Source: Bugula neritina (lineage: Eukaryota; Animalia; Bryozoa). From it: a stretch of DNA of 64,000 nt. The stretch lies in assembly GCA_964035545.1 (NCBI GenBank), contig OZ037768.1:23345319-23409318 (forward strand), in the 5' to 3' direction. This document shows positions 50,960 to 64,000 of this stretch, piece by piece (the first letter of the stretch is position 1; the number at the start of each line of letters is the position of its first letter). Both the position numbers and the translations under genes were made by a program. The notes beneath the pieces were generated by a model that was not told the origin of the DNA, searched no databases, and saw only the letters and a list, made by a program, of their open reading frames with translations.

Positions 50960-53900
50960 ACAGGTAAAACGTATTTTAAAAGATTGAGACTCATCGTACA
51001 CTAAACTAAAAAACTAACCTCTTTGTTAAATAAATATACCACAGATTTTTTATTTCAGTAGCAGCATTTCACACTGTTTTCTTTCTCATTATGAAAATCA
51101 TTTTTCTTGCCGTTTGTTAATCAGCTTTGATATTATTTTAAAGAAATAATCAAGTGCACTTTACTATACAGTATCATTGATTTATTGTGGAGATTTGTGT
51201 TATAGTATCACTATAATATTTAATAAATTTTCAGCCAGCAACATATTATATGCATACTGTGTTCACCAATGAGCCAAGAGAAGTTATAGTTCAATGGTGT
51301 TCACTTTTGTTATAAATATTTTGTAATATTTTATACTTTAAATAATGAAAATATTTTACTATAGTTTACCAGTTTCGTTTATTTACTATGAACATTATAG
51401 GTGTTGAATTTAATTATTTATTGGCTAGCAACATGTATATATGATGTACACTTTGCCATTGTGTATATTATTATTGTTTTGTTCTTTAGATCTATGTGAG
51501 AATCATTCCATAGACTGAGTTTCAGTAACCAGGTGATGATGCTTTTAGGGACGGTACACTAGCGTACCATACTGACAATCAAAGTTCCTCAACAAGAAAC
51601 ACCATACTAAATAGTGAGGAATATATTTGTGTTTCCTGTAGAATACACAAAGACTATTTAACAAACACTTTACATCTGTTAATATAAGATATATAGTTAT
51701 ATGTTTATATACCTTGTCACACAACTCTCCTTTACTATAGTATATACTTACACTGTAATAATATTCACCTAGTTATATCCTACAGTAGCATAGCTATTCA
51801 CCGAGATAGTATTTTATTATGTGATGTATAGTGGGATAACATTATATATATAGACAGTGGTTTTTGTTGTTTTTTGTTTTCATTCAACAGTTGTTTAAAA
51901 ACATCATCTTTATTTGTGAGTGAAATTCAAAACATATTATATCATGTTTGTTACACATTAAAAAATATTCATTCAATAATGTCTAAGTTACTTGGACAAC
52001 AAAATAAACAAAAATTACCTGATGCATGTATTTAAAATACAAATGCTGAAGCTGGTTGACTCAACACCAGCTGTTATTAACATAGCCTGAGGGTTCTACG
52101 ATGGAACTGAGGCAATTGTGATGAGATGTTCTTGTAATCTTCCAGACTATATAATATCTCTGCTGGGTTTAATCAGTCAACGTACCACCATAACATGTGT
52201 ATTACTGGACCAGTACCTTTACCAGCCAAAACAGTACATAGCATACATATATAGTATATATATATATAATATACAATATAGTATCAGAGACAGACAACTT
52301 CTCTATGCATACAGCTTTGTATATCAACTCTTACAACTGCACTGTTTGTAATTTTATGTTTCATAAATGATATGGATACAAAGCAAAATATGTTGGTCAA
52401 TTGTTTCTAGTAGTTTATTGTAACTAAAAGTTGATATGTTTATGAAGGCAAAGTATGACAATAATAATTAGTAAGGTAGTTTATTTGTAACTAATATCAA
52501 GTTAATTATTAACAACATATTAAGAGTAAAGTAAAGAAAAATAAGAAAACAAAGAAGATAACATTAAAACAGAATACAATAGATTGCATGAGTTGATATT
52601 TTATATGATATAATTATAAGTATAGTCTAGACGTGTTTGCGGTTCCAGTTTTATTTGTCTAACAAAATATAGCAGACTGTATAATTGAAAAGCTTGTTAC
52701 GGGTGGGGAACATATTCAAAAGACTGATTGTCAAGAAGAGACATTCAGAGTGAACTCTGATGTCATGTTGCTTTTTGATGCAAAAACATGCATATTGATT
52801 ACATAGTTACTGAGTTATATCTACAATTTTATGAAACCCTCAGGTGTAACGAATACAATTATAATCTATAAAATATTTATAATTTGCTAACGTTACATTC
52901 ATAAGACAATGTCACAAAAAGAATCTCTTTAATTATGAAAATAGTTTAGCCAATGTAGACTTGCAGGTAATTTGCTACATCAAATCAACAAAACTATTCA
53001 CTACCTGCGATATAGAAATAATTTATTATTACCACAGTAATTGGTTTCGCCATTGTTAGCTCTCTGGCTGTATGTTATTGTCTACAGATATCTGTTAATT
53101 ACATCTTTTTACGTTGAACAATATATGCAGAAAGTATATAAGACTATAAAGATATGATAGAAGCACAAACTGTATACTTGAATAAGTTGAACACAGATTC
53201 CATATTTTACAGAATAAAAGATACGAACATCCAAATTCTAAGGTAGAGCGAATCAAACTACACTGAGTTATTACGCAATGTCTTTCCCATTGTATGATGT
53301 CACAACAATCAAAATACTACACAAATATTATATACAATCATATAATGATTGAGAATAATCATGTGTTTTATATTACTCTCATAATGCTTTATTGTTGGAC
53401 TTATACATGTCATAATTATAGTATATTATATATGTCACTCAATTCACATGTAGAAAAAAAAACACAATTATGATATACATCATCATGTGAGAAGTTATAT
53501 ATAGAGATATCATATTGTACCTGACTCTTTCTGGACCACCTGTATATTCTCTGTGTTCTTTTATTTGGTGTAAATGCATGAAATATAATATATTCTATAA
53601 ACTCTGCAAGACAGAATTCATATATGGAAGTTACCAGCCAATTAAATGCATGTCTGGAAATTAGTGATTAATTGCTCACTTGAGTGAAATTGTTTTCTTT
53701 CATGAAGGCTAATAAGTGGATGTTTTTGAACTCTTGAAGCTTTTACAAAATCACAAAATTTAAAATTGAGAAAAACTGTATAACCTAAAATTCTGCACAT
53801 TAGATGGCTACATCCGCGCTAATAGGCTATAATATATATTATATTATAGTCATGAGTGTGGCTGTACAGTGAACAGAGGCAAATGCACGTAAAATTGGAA

Positions 53901-55106
53901 TTATCTTCTTTTTGAATTCCAGACTGTTCGAAAAACGTAGTGCAGTGTCGTATTCCTAGTAATATGTGTCGTAGTGAATAGATTGATAAAGAACTTACAT
54001 AATCTTTTGCTAATCTACGATGAGTAAAGGACGAGAAAGCGCTGTTGTGACGTCATTTTATAGCGATGCAAGTATTCATCTTAACAAAGAAGGGAATTCC
54101 CCGTCATCCATAATAATTTACTAACTAAATTCGCAGACTCACCGTCAGTTCGGTGGATGTTTTTATACTACATCAATACATGCTAACTGAACCATTAATG
54201 GCTCAAAGCTTCAAAACTAATTATACTGTATTATTTATGATGAGAAATATTATAATTTTTGTCTAAGATTCTGCAATTGCTCCAGGCTCATTTCAATTTC
54301 ATTTAATAAACTTCTCCCAAATTTCAAAGTGAAACTCAAACTGAGTGAGTGAATGAGTGAATACGTGAAGTTAATCAAATTCAAAAATTGTTATCACTCA
54401 AGGCTGAAAAATCAAATGTTAATGACAGCTCATCAACGATTACATTTTGGCTTATAATTTTTACTACTTCGTGCTCTAAAGTAAAATTTGACTTCCTTTC
54501 AATTTCATTTTTTAACTTTGATTTTTACTCTAATCATTAATATTTAGTTTTTTTAAGTTCTCAATCACTTTTGTCATTTGGTGTGGTTGTAATGCTTTAT
54601 TCATATTCTTATTGATCGTGATTGTTGATGAATAACAATTAAGCTAGTTAATAATTTTGAGCATATCTTAAAACTAATATAGGTAGTCGTAATACTAATA
54701 AATCATTAAATGATATTTAATAATAATTGTATATTATTAATTATAACAGTGCTATGTTAATAATAAATTTAATATCACTTTCATTTTTACTATCATTTAA
54801 GATATTGATGTTTTTAATCCTATTAGTAGAAGTCGGAATTCTTTTACAAGACAAAAGTATCTAGCAAAAATATAATAATAATAATTATATATACTTTTGA
54901 AGTGCATTTATATAAGTAAAGCTTTTTTCTTTCTCTTCTCTGTAGGTGTAGGAAATTATGTATAACTCTTATATATTCTTACAGTTACCATAACACTTCA
55001 TTAACTGAAAAGGGAGGGGGGGGAGGCGGATCATTATTTCGAAGTGAATGAAATCTAACTAGTGATCTCAAGTTGAAATCTATGCTTCAGATTTGTGAGG
55101 TCAAAC

Positions 55107-58100
55107 ATGGCTGAAGCTGGAGCAGATGGACAGACTCAGTGTGGGTTTTGTTTTCTTCAAGAAGGTTTGGAAGATCCCAAATCTCTACCCTGTGGTCATG
55201 TTCACTGTTTACCTTGCCTTAATGGTGATTTTGGTGTTAACAATATGCTGAGATGTCCTTGGTGTGGGTGAGTTATATTCTATCAGCCTATTTCACCAGT
55301 TTATACTGTTGATAGCTGAATAACACAGCCAAATAATTTTTGCTTTCATGGTTGTTTTCAATGTGTAAAGTATTAGATTTTGAGTGTGGAGAGTTGAAAC
55401 TGTGATGAATATGTTATGTTATGAATAGCTGTTAACACAGTTTCTGTCATACATATAGTGTAAGTATAATGTATGCTGTGTTCTGTCTCTCAGAGTGATA
55501 TGTAATGTGAGTATAGAGAGTCTACCTTCTGCTAACATGGGAGATAATTCCACACCTTGTGACGTCTGTATGAAGAAAGGAGAACAGGATGTACTAGCAG
55601 TAATCTACTGTACCGTGTGTCGTAAACTCTTCTGCAGAAAACATGAAGAGGTAGTTTTTTGTTTGCTTTTATTCTTGCATTAAATTTCAAAGGTTTCAGC
55701 TTTAAAATTAAGCTCACTGGGCATTCAACTACAAACATTAAAACGAGTTTCTATATTTACTTGTTATAGCATCATGATGTCATGTTTGATGACCACCAAA
55801 AGATGGCCATGTCTGACTACAAACTAAAAGCTAAAAGACTGGAAGCAAGAGTCTGTCCTAAACATAAAGGACAAGCCTTATCTGTGGGATGTAAAGCATG
55901 TGTTCAGCTGTTTTGTGTGCAGTGCCTATCTGAGACCAAGTCTTGCAGTGCTGGTAAGTATCTATATACCTGTGTTATAGTACCTACTAAGATCTAATAA
56001 TCACTGTGACTGTAGTCACTATGTATATACTAACTGATACTTTGTTAGTAACTTGCTAAAGATATCAATATTAGGCTCAGTATTCTCATTATAACTGTTT
56101 GATTTATATACAGATTCAGAGCATGAGGTAGTGAGTCTAGACGCATTGATTAGGTACATCACAGATATAAATAGTCTGATTACTGCAGAAGAAAAAATGT
56201 CTGCCTTCTTTAAACAAATATCAAAAACTGTATCAGACTTTGATACTGAAACCAGCTGTTTGCTGGAAATGCTTCACACTCAGCGTGATCAACAGGTGAC
56301 TGGTATCTATTTTGTTTACCAAATGATAACAGCTGAGTTATTGAATCAAAGGGTTCTTCATTGAATTCTAAACTTTGTAAGTCTGTTTGAGATAGCTTTG
56401 GGATCTACTTACTTCATTCTTTTCTTTACTTCTGGTTTAGTTGGCTGCTATACAACTCAAGTATGACAAACTTGAGGAAAAATTCTTAGCTAACAGAAAG
56501 AAAGTCAGTGAAGAACTCAACAGACACATGGAGAGGGAAGTTGGAACTGTTTGGACTGAACTGAGTAACAATAGAAGGAAGATAGAAGCTCAACTTAGAC
56601 ATGATAACCAGGTGTGTTATATAGTACAGTCTGTGTGTTTGTTTGCCAAATTTCATATATGCGTTTGAAGAACTGGTGTGTTACTATAACTGTTAATTAG
56701 ATAGAGCCAACTTTTCATAAAGCCAGAAATCTGAGTTATGTCTAGGCTTCAGTTGTAAAAAATTAAATAACAGGAAATTATAAAGTAATAATTGTTCTTA
56801 CAAGCTTTAACCTTCTAACTTGTTATGTTATCACAGAAATATTGAGTTATATACAAGTCTAAGTTAGTTAAACTTCTAACTTTTAATAAAATCTCAGATT
56901 TCTAAAATTTGATTTATAATCTGTCAAATAATAGCTGATGGTGTGTAGACTTGTTAAATTATTGTTTTATGTTGTTTGCAGTTGTGTAATAAAATAGATA
57001 ATATTTCACAGGTGGATCTGGTTGAAGGATATAAAGATATTAAAGAGAGAATACAGAGACTTAGGTCTGTTGAAACTCCTAATTTAGAACTGCGTGATGC
57101 CGTGTCTCTAGAGGTCAAAGGTGAGTTAGCATGGTCAGTCAAGAGAATTTTATTCACAAAAAGTTTTTTGTCTAACTTCTAGATTTGTTCTAAAATATTT
57201 GCAAGATATTTCTATAATATTATATTTCTACCTGCAGAAGAGGCTAGAGATGTAGAAGTAGAAATATCGTCAGCTGCAGACATAAATATTAGCTCAGTTC
57301 ATGGAGTCAAAACATATTTTGCTGCTAAATCTTTCAAACTCTTCAAGACCATCAGCGTTTCTGATGGTTGCTCTTCTGTCTGTAGCTATGGAGGTAACAC
57401 TTACGTTGGGCTCCAGCACAACAGTGGTGGGATAGTTAGAATAGATGAAGAATTTAATATTACTAGGTTAGTTACTATTGTTGGAAGTGTAAGAGCAGTG
57501 ACAGTGTATGAAGATAAACTCTATGCTTTGACTGCTTCCTACATACAAAGCAGAAAAACACGCATCATACAGTGTCAAGTAAAAGTATACACTCTTGATG
57601 GTAATCAGGTGACCAGCTGGCGTCATGAAGATGAGAGTGAGGCACAAAACAAACTCACAGTCATTAATGATCAGGTTGTCATTCCTGATAGAAGTAACAC
57701 AAGGATCACAGTTTACTCTCTTGCCGGGAAGGTAGTAAAGCATATTCCATGTTCACCATTTGATCACTATGATGCTGCTATATGTGCAGCAGACAGCCAC
57801 TGTGTAGTAGTTTCTAACTCTACCCAAATATTTAAGTTGGACCTGACAACAGAGAAAGTCATCTGGACATGCAAGGATGTGTCTAACCCACAAGGTGTGA
57901 TCTGCTATAGAAGTAAATACATTCTTGTGACTAACCGCAGCAGTAAAACTACTATCTGGGTACTGGACGTAAAAACAGGTTAGTGAACAGAAAGTCTGTG
58001 CATGAGTAGGGTATTATCATGTATTCACTGCTCAGCTCTGTTTTCATATTTCAATTATATTTAGTTTGATTATCATAGTTCAGCTTACACAGATTATTCT

Positions 58101-58605
58101 TGTTATAGCCTAGGTCTGCATCTACAGGTCACACTTTGGTTTCACAATTGATCGCTGATACTAGTTGGGGCGTTGAATATCTTCTGTTTAAGAAAATATA
58201 CGATACTTATAAAAGCTTGTAACCTGCAATATACTGTATATAAGCTGTAAATATAGCTTAATTGAAAGGTGTACATAGCGTAGCAAAATAAAGCCAAGCT
58301 GAGAGCGTTAGTGTTGCAGTTCTGGTAAAGAATCCCAAACCGGAAGTAAAGCTCATGTTTTCAGATATTCTTTAATTCAAGCTCACTGGCAAACCTATAC
58401 AACTCTGTGTTGTTTCTATAAAGTGTCTTCCATGTATTCGTCTGCAATATATCTGATTACGTCACTACCTGTTTTAGGTAGACTCTTGTCTGAGATATCA
58501 GATGATGAGGAGAGAAATTCTTCATCAGTGTATGATCTAGCAGTTTCTGGGGAAACTTTAATTGTACCCAGATCTGGAAAAGTGCTGTTCTACCAGCTGA
58601 ACTAA
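55107..58605 (+). CDS. TRIM-like E3 ligase gene copy D, apparently intact (610 aa), compact
   Basis: Exons 55107-55267, 55494-55650, 55770-55953, 56114-56295, 56441-56611, 57012-57120, 57238-57978, 58478-58605; total 1833 nt, open frame, GT-AG introns. Confidence 0.92.
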
Positions 58606-60339
58606 ATAGGTATAAAAAGTTGCTTAAAAAATTGATACTCTTTGAAATGAGTGAACCTTTCAAGTTCAAGAAACATTCACAACACATTTTCATTTTCATC
58701 ATGCTTTAATGTCCACCTTCTACTGTGGCAGCTGCATGTTATAAACAGGGTTTTGCAAAAACCTGAGTAATAAAAGTTTTAAATTACTTCAAGTTGAAAA
58801 AAGTTTTATCTAATATTGAACACAAGTGTTGAGTATCAGTATTTAATAGTTTACCAGCTAACAACGTGTATGTAGTGTTCATATACTCAGTGTACATATT
58901 ATTTATTGTTTTATATTGTAGATATATCTGGGAGTTGTCTCATTAGACTGAGTTCCAATTACTAGCTATATTAGGGACGGTACTCTAACGTATGACAATC
59001 AAAGTTCCTCAACAAGAAACACCAGACTAAATAGTGTAACACACACAGTATATCAACTGAGGAATATATGTGTGTTTCCTGTAGAATACACACAAACTAT
59101 TTAACAAACACTTTACATCTGTTAATATAAGATATATAGTTATATGTTTATACACCTTGTCACACTACTCTCCTTTGCTATAGTATATATACTTATACTG
59201 TAGTAATATTCACCTAGTTATATATCCTACAGTAGTAATAGCTGTTCACTGATATGATTATGATATACTCTTATGTGGCATAATATAATACGTGTATGAT
59301 ATAAAAATGTATAATTTCTAATGGAACACGTAGTGTTATGTAATACATAGTATAATATTAAAATATGTAACGTAATGTAATCAGTATAGTGTAACCCAAT
59401 ATTATAAAATAAAATTTCTTAATCTCCTAATTTTTAGTACTTGACTGTATAATTTTCAAAATAACAGTTTCTTGAAATATTTTCACCAGATCCTGTTATC
59501 TCTCATATAAAATTAATATTTATTTGAATCACAATGACATCTTGTACAAACTGACATAGTGCTCATCAATGTATGTTATAAATAATCTCACGTATGGAAA
59601 TTCTTATGTACCGTCAAAACAGTTATTACAGCGAATAACCAATTTGGTATGCAAATATTATTCATGATGTTCACCCACTGTTACCGTCCAATGCTAATTC
59701 ATAAGTTATAATTAATATTGTTATAATTTTTCAATTATAATGCGTGTGGGTCTAGTACTGTGCAATTATCCTCTCAGTTATCCTCGAGTAATATCATGGG
59801 TAGTAGAAACGAATACAATATTTATTTATGATATAATAGAAGAATCGGATACATCCAGTATCTAGCCACCAACACAAAACATCTATTCACTGTCTAATAT
59901 CAACGCTTCCTGCTTAACTAGTTTAATGAGTCACATGGCTCAGCTACACTGGGGGGAGGGGTTTACGTGATCTCCACCTTATTGGCTGGGCGACACGTGA
60001 CTTGGGTATGCTTCACTGGCCACCACAATATCATAGGTTGATGAAAAAAGCCACATAGCTAGAAAAATAAGGTTCAATGTTAATACTGAAACAAATTCAC
60101 TCTGTAATAAGTAGATGAAGAATTTGTAGTGTAGTGAGGAAACTTGCATCAGCTATGTGACTTGCTCACTGTTAGACAACACCAATCAATTGTATGCTTG
60201 ATTTCATTTTTTGTTCTACAAATTAAATAGTGCCCACAGCTTTTACTAAAGCGCAACTGTAACAACATAAACAATATAATATGTGAAAGTTGGAGCCAGT
60301 CATTCATAATGAGAGTAAACCTGAACAATTTTTAATAGA

Positions 60340-63140
60340 AATTATTGGATATCCAAATTATTGATGGTTCTTTTTATTCCGTTTCCCGAATTTGGTGGTT
60401 AAGTAAGCTAATGTCGCGTTTCTTCGAACAGTTTCCTTTTTAGGTTTCTGCTGGCTCTGATCACAGCATTACTCCTGTTTTTAAACATGCTTTTCAGTTT
60501 AGAAAACTTTTCTTTGGTTACCTTTTTGCTGTGGTCTGTGTAGACACTTTCAAATAATCTTTTTCCATTTCACTTCAGTAACGTTTAACTAAAAGGTTTA
60601 TCAACATGTTATCATTAAAACACTATTGTATCTATTGCTTTACTAGTAAATAAAAGTTTCTAAAACCACTGTTAGTGTTTTAGACATCATACAACCACAA
60701 CTACATATTATGTATGCAGCTTGTTAACTTTATGGGCTTTGCAATTTCTGTTATTCAAAAATTGTTTCAATAGCAAAAGACTTTAAACAATATTTACCTC
60801 TTTTAGATTTTGCAATTGCTTCAGCACCCAAAGTAGTGATGTATCTAAAAAAAAGTTTTAAAATGCTGTTTTAAAATTATAAGTACAAAACTACATTTAT
60901 GATTACGAAACCTATGGCTAAAGTCACATGTATACTTTTGCACATAATTGTAGTTATTTCTTGTCAGTCTGGTTATCAAAAGCTAGATTGTCCAAATTCT
61001 TTTTAACTTACAATATTTGATTGCGTATGCTTACCATCTGCAGTTGAAAAGTTTATTTCATCAGTTCCGGCAAGTCTCACATCTGCAGGTGGCTGCTTTT
61101 TTATCAATTCTATAGCATATAAAATACTCTTAATATAGTTTATCATGGAGACTATTATAAATAATTAGCATTACAAAACATCTCTACATAAATTTTATTT
61201 GTTTAGATAAACAATGCATGCATGGCTATGAAGTACAAATTAGACCAAGAGCTTATACATACCAAAGTGTGTATATTCATTGAGTAGCCCAGATGATCAA
61301 CCATTTCTAATTCATTCTTGTCAAGACTTTTGGTCTAAAATTAAATTATTTTGGCTATTAAGATGCAATACAACAAAGGTCCGCTCTGCAAAGTATATAA
61401 TTAGGGAACTATAGATGCATAAGAATTAATGGCAAGCTCGAATAAAAATTCACTTTACAATAGGCTACATTGATGTGGCTGTAAAATCTACTGTATAATT
61501 TGTTACTTTAATGTGCTATAATCTGTGCATGGTTTTTGCTAATCCAAAAACTGTAAATGGATACAAAAATAAATATCCAACCTGACACATTGTTGCCAGG
61601 AACTTTCTAAATTTTTGGGTATGCAAAAGTTCCGGGCGCTCAAGCCCTGGACAGTTTCTCACCACTTCCTTTACTACTGCTGTACCAGAAGGAGGCTGGG
61701 TTGAGTATTGGTTACATCTGAAAGATATTTTTTTATAAAAGTTATAAAATGAGCACAACAATTTTTAGTGAATAGCATGTTAGAATATAGGATACATCAT
61801 GTAAGGGGTGGACACTGTGTAATTTAGGATTTATAACTTACTAACAAGCTTAAAGATTAAATAGTGCTTTAGAAGCAATAAACTTACGTTCCTTCTATTG
61901 CATTAATAGCAATGCAAAATAAATTTCAAACAAAAGCGTTTGAAAGCATTTAACATTATTTTTATTTTACTATAGAAGTGCTGATAGTTCATAATTGTGT
62001 TACCTTTTAAAATGGAATTGACGGTTTAAGCTGGATAGTTGCTTAAGTGAGCCAATCAGGAACTCCGGGGTTAAAATGTAAACTTTCCGTAGAGGTCCTG
62101 TCCACTTCCCTCTTACCTCTATTGCTTTCACGCTAAAAACAGATGCAATTTTAAAATTAAAGTTTTACAGTTTGCAGATGTAATTGATATAACAATAATT
62201 TAAAATCAGTCAACAAATTTATATGATAGCTTTGACAGAATAACTGAATAGATACTAACCTTGTAGCATTGACTTTTTCATTTGCATCCATACAGTGATG
62301 CAAATAAAAAAAGTGATGCAAGAATTTGCCGATGATCCTTTTAGGCCTTCTTTTGTTGAACAAAATTAGATACTTAAGGGGCAGAGCTTTGCTATTTCGG
62401 ATGGTGTGAGGCTCTGAAAGCCCAGTAACTTCTTTTTTAAGAAGTTTGTTAGAATGTCCAAATCTCTGAGACTTGTTTAATGTGTTCAACTTTTACCTCT
62501 CTGCCACATAAATTGTCCATTTCTTTTTCATGTGCGATAAGAAGTCATCACATTCTTCTTTGGTTTGTGAGTCTTTGCTTTGCTGGCAAATGAGTGCTTT
62601 ACACTGTTGAGCTGCTTCAAGTATCCACCCATTCTTAACCCAATTTGTGTATTGTTTTCAGACATTTCCTTTATGCTGCACAATAGATAATAATAGATAA
62701 ACCCATAATTTCCAAGCGAACTTATAGCATTTTGCTGTATGGCAAAAACATTAAGTTTTTACTGAAAGTGGCTATAAGTCTTGCTATTAGTATCAGTTGC
62801 TGCCAAGTTTCTTCAGTACCAGACATCTGCATGATGACTATAACTGAGTTAGCAATATGCTTGTTGACTAGTTGAAGAGTTATTTATGACACATTATTTT
62901 CCACTTGCAACTCTGCCATGTTGAAAGGGTTTTAATTATATAACAATAATATTCTTGTTGTGTAAGTGGTTTTTATAAAGTCATCTGCCTAAACTACCTA
63001 TCAGTGACAAGTAATCTAGTTGAGCATTTAAATTCAAATCATTAGCTTATTTCAGCTAAAAATAGTATAACCTTGGATATGAACGGCTGGCCACTGCCTC
63101 AGCCGTCTGCAAAGTGGCTTATTGCTGTTACAAGCCTGCT
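60340..63140 (-). pseudogene. Spliced, decayed Crypton-type (CryptonV-like) tyrosine recombinase gene
   Basis: Exon-like pieces in order: IGLRMGGYLK...DDFL...KW, LILFNKRR (about 62350), EVRGKWTGPLRKVYILTP (62005-62132), PELLHTQKFRKFLATMCQ (61582-61718), ELEMVDHLGYSMNIH (61263-61334), KSILYAIE...DEI (about 61040-61140). These parallel the FNRRR, RGKRGRKVP, RKxxATxxQ and LGHxxxxH motifs of metazoan Crypton-like recombinases. Outer limits approximate. Confidence 0.72.
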
Positions 63141-63704
63141 ACATGCAAAAATTATTTATCAATCAGGAGCTACTTCTTTGTAAGCTATCAGCTATAAGCT
63201 ATTACTATGTATATATAGTACAGTACAGTAGTAGAAACGCTTAAACAGCTTAAATTCTTCAACTTCTTAAGAAATTCTAATTTGAGAAGAAGTTGAAATT
63301 CTCTCTAAACTTCCTATGCTGCATCTCAACACATATAATAAGCCCAATAGTATGAAACACAGGGTTTGAGGTTTGGGGTTTGGGGTATTTATATACAATA
63401 AATAATGTTTTACAAATAATACATATTATATCAAAATATATCTCAATTCTGGAACTGCTTACATATGTAATAGATTATTTTATGCAATTGTTTTGGAGCA
63501 TTTAGATTTTAAAAATTTATATTCAAAGTGTTCACCTACTATTCCATGGAATTTAGGAATTATTTAGGAATTATCTTCTTTTATTATATATAAATTGAAA
63601 TACGTAATTATATCATAGAGAGAGTCATTTATTTGCACTTGTAGCCACCTGGTTTTTGTTCATAAAAAGAAACATGAGTAAAATAATGGGAAAGAACCAT
63701 GCTA

Positions 63705-63839
63705 TTTATATTATATTATATTTTATTACATTATATTATATTATACTATACTATATTATATTATATTATATTATATTATATTATATTATATATTATATTA
63801 TAATATATTATACTATATATTATATTATATTATATTATA
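63705..63839. repeat. (ATATT)n microsatellite
   Basis: Directly visible. Confidence 0.93.
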
Positions 63840-64000
63840 GTGGGTCAATTTTAACTGTAATTTCACATCTCACCTACAGTATGTCCGCCCTGTTCGGTGT
63901 AGCTTATCTGTGCATTTAAAACCATTTTAATCATTTTAATTTTACTGTAACTAGAAACTAGAAATAATTTATACTGAATACTTCAATATATTACATTAAC

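Noticed and set aside
53495-53546. Possible Tc1/mariner-like end (GGACCACCTGTATA)
   Set aside because: No matching second TIR or transposase found in the window.
6214-58605. Assigning TRIM2, TRIM3 or TRIM71 gene symbols
   Set aside because: Architecture is similar but there is no evident filamin domain and the repeats are divergent; orthology cannot be established by eye.

Overview
AT-rich, intron-containing animal (probably invertebrate) genomic DNA; no prokaryotic features. The core is a cluster of four paralogous TRIM-like genes (C3HC4 RING, two B-boxes, coiled coil, C-terminal NHL-like beta-propeller; 8 coding exons, about 610 aa). Copy A is on the minus strand (ATG 5147), runs off the left edge and has exon 4 split by a 1.8 kb hAT-type insertion. 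Copy B (ATG 6214) is head-to-head with A, and its last coding exon is split by a 20.5 kb element with an 8-bp TSD and decayed hAT transposase motifs. Copies C (38662-50959) and D (55107-58605) look intact. The RING exon is almost identical in all copies, while the B-box2 and propeller exons are divergent and mosaic. Intron 1 of B holds a young non-autonomous Gypsy-type LTR element: near-identical 353-bp LTRs, intact gag, pol lacking RT/RNase H and the integrase core, and an extra zinc-finger/leucine-zipper ORF. Also present: a degenerate related Gypsy element, a solo LTR, an R4/Dong-like RLE LINE, a CR1-like fragment, several MITE/foldback elements, microsatellites and a spliced, decayed Crypton-like tyrosine recombinase at the right end. 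All calls were made by eye from the sequence and ORF track; no database searches were run.
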